Source: an uncultured Akkermansia sp. (GTDB taxonomy: Bacteria; Verrucomicrobiota; Kiritimatiellia; RFP12; JAAYNR01). Taken from it: 64,000 nucleotides of DNA. The stretch lies in contig CAZOJL010000001.1 in NCBI GenBank assembly GCA_964580075.1, forward strand, positions 11,238 to 75,237, in the 5' to 3' direction. Both the position numbers and the translations under genes were made by a program. The notes below the pieces were generated by a model that was not told the DNA's origin, searched no databases, and saw only the letters and a list, made by a program, of their open reading frames with translations. This document shows, piece by piece, positions 60,805-64,000 of this stretch. Each line of letters starts with the position of its first letter. Within the stretch, counting starts at the first letter, position 1.

Positions 60805-62463
60805 TCACGGCTTGGGCATGGCCTTCGCCGTCAGGTCATAGCAGGCCAAGGCATCCCGTGTTCTGACCACAATCTTACCGTCGAAAAACGCCGGCGTTGT
60901 GCAATTCAAATACTGGTTGTTGAAGGTGAACCCTGCCACCATGGTAACCCCCGTCGGCGCCGGTTTGAACAGGCCGATGCCATAGCCATCCCCGTTGGGT
61001 ATGGTGGCCAGGATCTTGCCATCCACCGCGGTCGGTGATGTAGTTTCCGTCACCTTTAGTTGCCACCAGAGTTCCTTGCCGGTCTTCACGTCGATGCATC
61101 CGAGGCCGGCGTCTTTGCGAAAGTAGGGCATATAGACAAGCCCCTCGTGGATCAGCGCGCTGCTCCCCCGAAAGCCGCCATCGACGCTCCAGAGCTGTTC
61201 GGCCTTCTCGGAGGAAAGTCGGAAGGCGGTGGGGTGCGAACCGGTTATCAGGAGGTCGCCCTGCACGACCGGACTGCCGTGGTTGGCATCTCTGCCCGTT
61301 CCGCCGGGTGCCTCCCATACCACTGCGCCGGTGTCCGCCGCCACGCAGAAAAGCAGTTTATCCGTGCAGCAGAGGACGTACTTCTTGCCGTCTTTCTCCC
61401 AGGCCAGCGGCGACGAGTGCCAGGCGGCCACCTTGTCCTGCGTCCATTTCACCGTGCCGGTGGCGGCGTCGAAGGCGGTCAGCGGGCCGCCCTGCACGAT
61501 CGCCAGTCCGTCCATGACCAGCGGCGAGGAACTGCAACTGCTGTCGATATACAATTCGCGCTTTTCGGTATTGTTGCCGACTTCGCCCTTCCAGATCTCC
61601 GTGCCGGTCACCGCGTCAAGACAGTAGACCGCGCCGACGGTGCCCAACACGTACACGCGCCCACCCGCCACGCACGGCGTGGCGCTGGCACCGGCACCGA
61701 ACCTGTACTCATACTTGTGCGGAAACTCCGTCTTCCACACCGTCTTGCCGTCCGCGGCGTTGACGCACAGGACGATATCCACCAGGCGCTGCTCGGTCTT
61801 CGGCACGCGGTTGACGGCATCCTCCCGGAGTTTCCCAGTAATGCCGTTGTCCGTCAGCCACTTGTCGAGCACCTCCTGCGTCTCGAACTTCCGGTCCTTG
61901 ATCCCGGCGAGCTTGTCCAGCATGGCCAGGTCGAACGCCTCCTTCTTCCGTCGCAGGCGATCACGGGCGATGTCCCCGAACTCCTTGCGCTGTTCCTCGG
62001 TCAGGTTCTTTTCGAGCCAGGTCGCGATCCATTTGTTGAGAGCCTCACCGCCCAACGCCGCCAGTTCCTCGCTAACCCGCGCTTGCTCCATTTTGGCAGT
62101 CAACTCTTGCGGCGGCTTCTTCGGGAACCCGCCCAACTGGCGCAAGAGCCACTCGCCGACCGTCCGCGTCGTGAGCGGCGCGCGGGGATCGCCCGACGCA
62201 AAGGCATAGACCTTGCCGCCGGCCACCACGGGACTCCCGAGCCCGGCAATCTTGTCGCCCGGCAGCCGCTCGCTCTGCCAGAGCTTCGGCGGACCGTTCT
62301 TGGGCCACGCCTCCGCCAGCGGCGGACTCTGCGGCACGATGCCGTCCCGGTTCAGCCCGCGCCACTGCGGCCAATCCGCCGCCCACGCGCCGCCGTTCGC
62401 CGCCAGGATGCCGCATGTCAGAACAGCGGCCGTGAATTGTACCCTTGTGTGCTTCCTCTTCAT
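60805..62463 (-). CDS. PQQ-like beta-propeller repeat protein (BamB-like fold) with coiled-coil insert, secreted
   Basis: Signal peptide, then WPQWRGLNRDG as propeller entry motif. Multiple VYALD/TGK..W units. Confidence 0.6.
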   Translation of the reverse strand: MKRKHTRVQFTAAVLTCGILAANGGAWAADWPQWRGLNRDGIVPQSPPLAEAWPKNGPPKLWQSERLPGDKIAGLGSPVVAGGKVYAFASGDPRAPLTTRTVGEWLLRQLGGFPKKPPQELTAKMEQARVSEELAALGGEALNKWIATWLEKNLTEEQRKEFGDIARDRLRRKKEAFDLAMLDKLAGIKDRKFETQEVLDKWLTDNGITGKLREDAVNRVPKTEQRLVDIVLCVNAADGKTVWKTEFPHKYEYRFGAGASATPCVAGGRVYVLGTVGAVYCLDAVTGTEIWKGEVGNNTEKRELYIDSSCSSSPLVMDGLAIVQGGPLTAFDAATGTVKWTQDKVAAWHSSPLAWEKDGKKYVLCCTDKLLFCVAADTGAVVWEAPGGTGRDANHGSPVVQGDLLITGSHPTAFRLSSEKAEQLWSVDGGFRGSSALIHEGLVYMPYFRKDAGLGCIDVKTGKELWWQLKVTETTSPTAVDGKILATIPNGDGYGIGLFKPAPTGVTMVAGFTFNNQYLNCTTPAFFDGKIVVRTRDALACYDLTAKAMPKP

Positions 62464-62513
62464 CGCATCGTTCCTTTCAGGTTTCAGGTCTCAGGTGTCC
62501 TCATTCCGTCCTG

Positions 62514-63932
62514 CTACTTCGCTTTCTCCGCCGCCGGCTCCTCCTGCACCACTCGGAAGCCCGTCGCAGGATTCCGAAAGACGTGAATCCACCATAGCCG
62601 GTCGCGCGCCGGCGGCCTGCAGTGCCTGACACAGTCGTCCCAGGCGCCGCCCCGGTACATCATATCACCACCACCGTCCGTACGTGCACGCGGTTTGTCC
62701 GGGCCGGGATCGGTCACGCTGCTGGAGGGGTATGGCCCGAACTCGTCCCGGCACCACTCGCTGACGTTCCCCAGCATGTCGTAGAGACCCCAGGCGTTGG
62801 GCTTCTTCTGCCCCACCGGATGCGTGCCGGCCACGCGGTGGTCGTACTGCTTGTCCGGCCAGATCGCCGAACTCAGGCCGCCCTCATACTCGACCCCGCT
62901 GTTCCCGGCATACCAGGCGATGGCGTCCAGTTCCGGGCTGTTGTTCGCCCCCTTGACCGTCAGATCGCCGGTGTACAGTGGGGTATCCGTGCCCGCCAGG
63001 CAGGCCCACTCCCATTGCGCCTCCGTCGGCACCTGGAATTTGCCCCCCGCGCCGTCCTTCGTCCCGGCGCTCATCTCGTTCAATTTCCGGATGAACTCGT
63101 GGATATCGTACCAGCGCACGCACTCCACCGGGGCTTTCGGCCCGGCGTTCGTGAAATAACTCGGGTTGTTCCCCATCACCCGCTGCCACTGTTCCTGAGT
63201 GACCTCGTACTTGCCCATCCAGAACCCCTTCGTCAATTTCACCCGATGCCGATTCTCGTTCCCGCGGCGGCATTTCTCGCCCCAGGTGCTACCCATCATA
63301 AACTCGCCGGCCGGAATCCAGACCAGGTCCAGTTTCACTCCGTCGCCCTGCCCTGAGCCTGCCGAAGGGCCCAGATCGACCGTCCTGGCCGTCCCCGGCT
63401 TCGTAGCGCCCTCTTCGATTCGCGGCAGTCCCGCAGTGATCGGAGTCTTCGCACCTGCCCGCCCGTCCTGTTCCGGCGACAGATACGTCCACTCAGGGCC
63501 AGCTATACCCAAGACCCTGTAGGAGATGAAGCGCTCCTGGCCCGCCGCTTTGTTGAGGTTGCCCACATTCCAGCCTCCGCCCTGCTCCCCTACTGAGCAA
63601 CCCGCCACTTGGCGGAGGAACTGCATCTCAGGCGAAATGTGAACGGCATCGCTCAGCCGACGGGCCGCCGGTTCGGCTTCCTGGTATTCCTTCACCGCGG
63701 CCTCGTTGGCGATCTTATCCAACATCGACAGTTCGCCGGGCGCCTCCCCGGGCGATTTTGGGGGACCGCCCTTCCGCTCGCCCTTCTCATTGACCCCCAG
63801 CGCCTCCAGTTTCACCTTGGCCTCCTTCAGCCGGCGTTCCGCCGCCGCCTTTTCCGCGGCCCGCGCCGCCGTCACGCCGAGCAGCAATCCCGCGCCCAGC
63901 AGATTGATCGTTATCCGTTTCATCGTCTTCAT
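62514..63932 (-). CDS. Formylglycine-generating-enzyme (SUMF1/FGE-sulfatase) domain protein with N-terminal signal peptide and coiled-coil linker
   Basis: WIPAGEFMMGS…HRVKLTKGFWMGKYEVTQEQW…RGGAWDDCVRHCRPPARDRLWWIHVFRNPATGFRVV are canonical FGE-domain blocks. Confidence 0.7.
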   Translation of the reverse strand: MKTMKRITINLLGAGLLLGVTAARAAEKAAAERRLKEAKVKLEALGVNEKGERKGGPPKSPGEAPGELSMLDKIANEAAVKEYQEAEPAARRLSDAVHISPEMQFLRQVAGCSVGEQGGGWNVGNLNKAAGQERFISYRVLGIAGPEWTYLSPEQDGRAGAKTPITAGLPRIEEGATKPGTARTVDLGPSAGSGQGDGVKLDLVWIPAGEFMMGSTWGEKCRRGNENRHRVKLTKGFWMGKYEVTQEQWQRVMGNNPSYFTNAGPKAPVECVRWYDIHEFIRKLNEMSAGTKDGAGGKFQVPTEAQWEWACLAGTDTPLYTGDLTVKGANNSPELDAIAWYAGNSGVEYEGGLSSAIWPDKQYDHRVAGTHPVGQKKPNAWGLYDMLGNVSEWCRDEFGPYPSSSVTDPGPDKPRARTDGGGDMMYRGGAWDDCVRHCRPPARDRLWWIHVFRNPATGFRVVQEEPAAEKAK

Positions 63933-64000
63933 CGTACTGTTCCTTTCTGCTTCAGGTGTCAGGGTTCAGGTGTCAGGTGGGCATACGATGTTGCCATGAC

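Noticed and set aside
62514-63932. Diversity-generating retroelement target (FGE/C-type lectin fold)
   Set aside because: No reverse transcriptase or template repeat in the window. The 3' end is not AAC/AAT-rich. Adjacent sequence is a heptamer array and an unrelated gene.

Overview
This is a high-GC (~65%) bacterial chromosomal window, densely coding, with mostly envelope and secretion functions. Going 5'->3' it contains:

- A GHL10-like lipoprotein, a UPF0210/ACT-domain gene pair and an M42 peptidase, all on the minus strand.
- An orphan secretin gene whose stop overlaps the start (ATGA) of a MacAB-like tripartite ABC exporter operon (HlyD adaptor, ABC ATPase, FtsX permease). This candidate secretin-coupled exporter is not described to my knowledge.
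- A convergent 1269-aa secreted protein with CBM9-like and NHL beta-propeller regions.
- A four-helix-bundle-protein gene flanked by two direct copies of a long hairpin repeat.
- A minus-strand marR-tolC-MFP-RND efflux operon.
- An LptF/G-like permease and tRNA-Ser(GGA), followed by a low-GC (~45%) islet carrying GNAT and alanine-racemase-fold genes.
- A Bat/MoxR-type cluster: MoxR ATPase, DUF58, secreted protein, BatA-N protein, vWA protein, membrane protein, coiled-coil secreted protein, prenyltransferase/squalene-oxidase-repeat protein, HEAT-repeat protein.
- Two tandem giant paralogous secreted PQQ-like beta-propeller proteins (~1600 and ~1800 aa), then a beta-helix lipoprotein.
- A ~5.3-kb repeat-bounded segment holding a frameshifted glycine-rich secreted protein gene with a ~500-bp near-identical internal duplication, perfect inverted repeats, a 25-nt poly-G tract, and an AAA-ATPase/PD-(D/E)XK nuclease-family gene.
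- A PQQ-like beta-propeller protein and an FGE/SUMF1-family protein.

From ~31 kb onward most intergenic spacers carry tandem heptamer repeat arrays (CAGGTKT / GTGTTCA), often as inverted pairs. Neither CRISPR arrays nor rRNA were found, and no integrase or transposase genes were detected.
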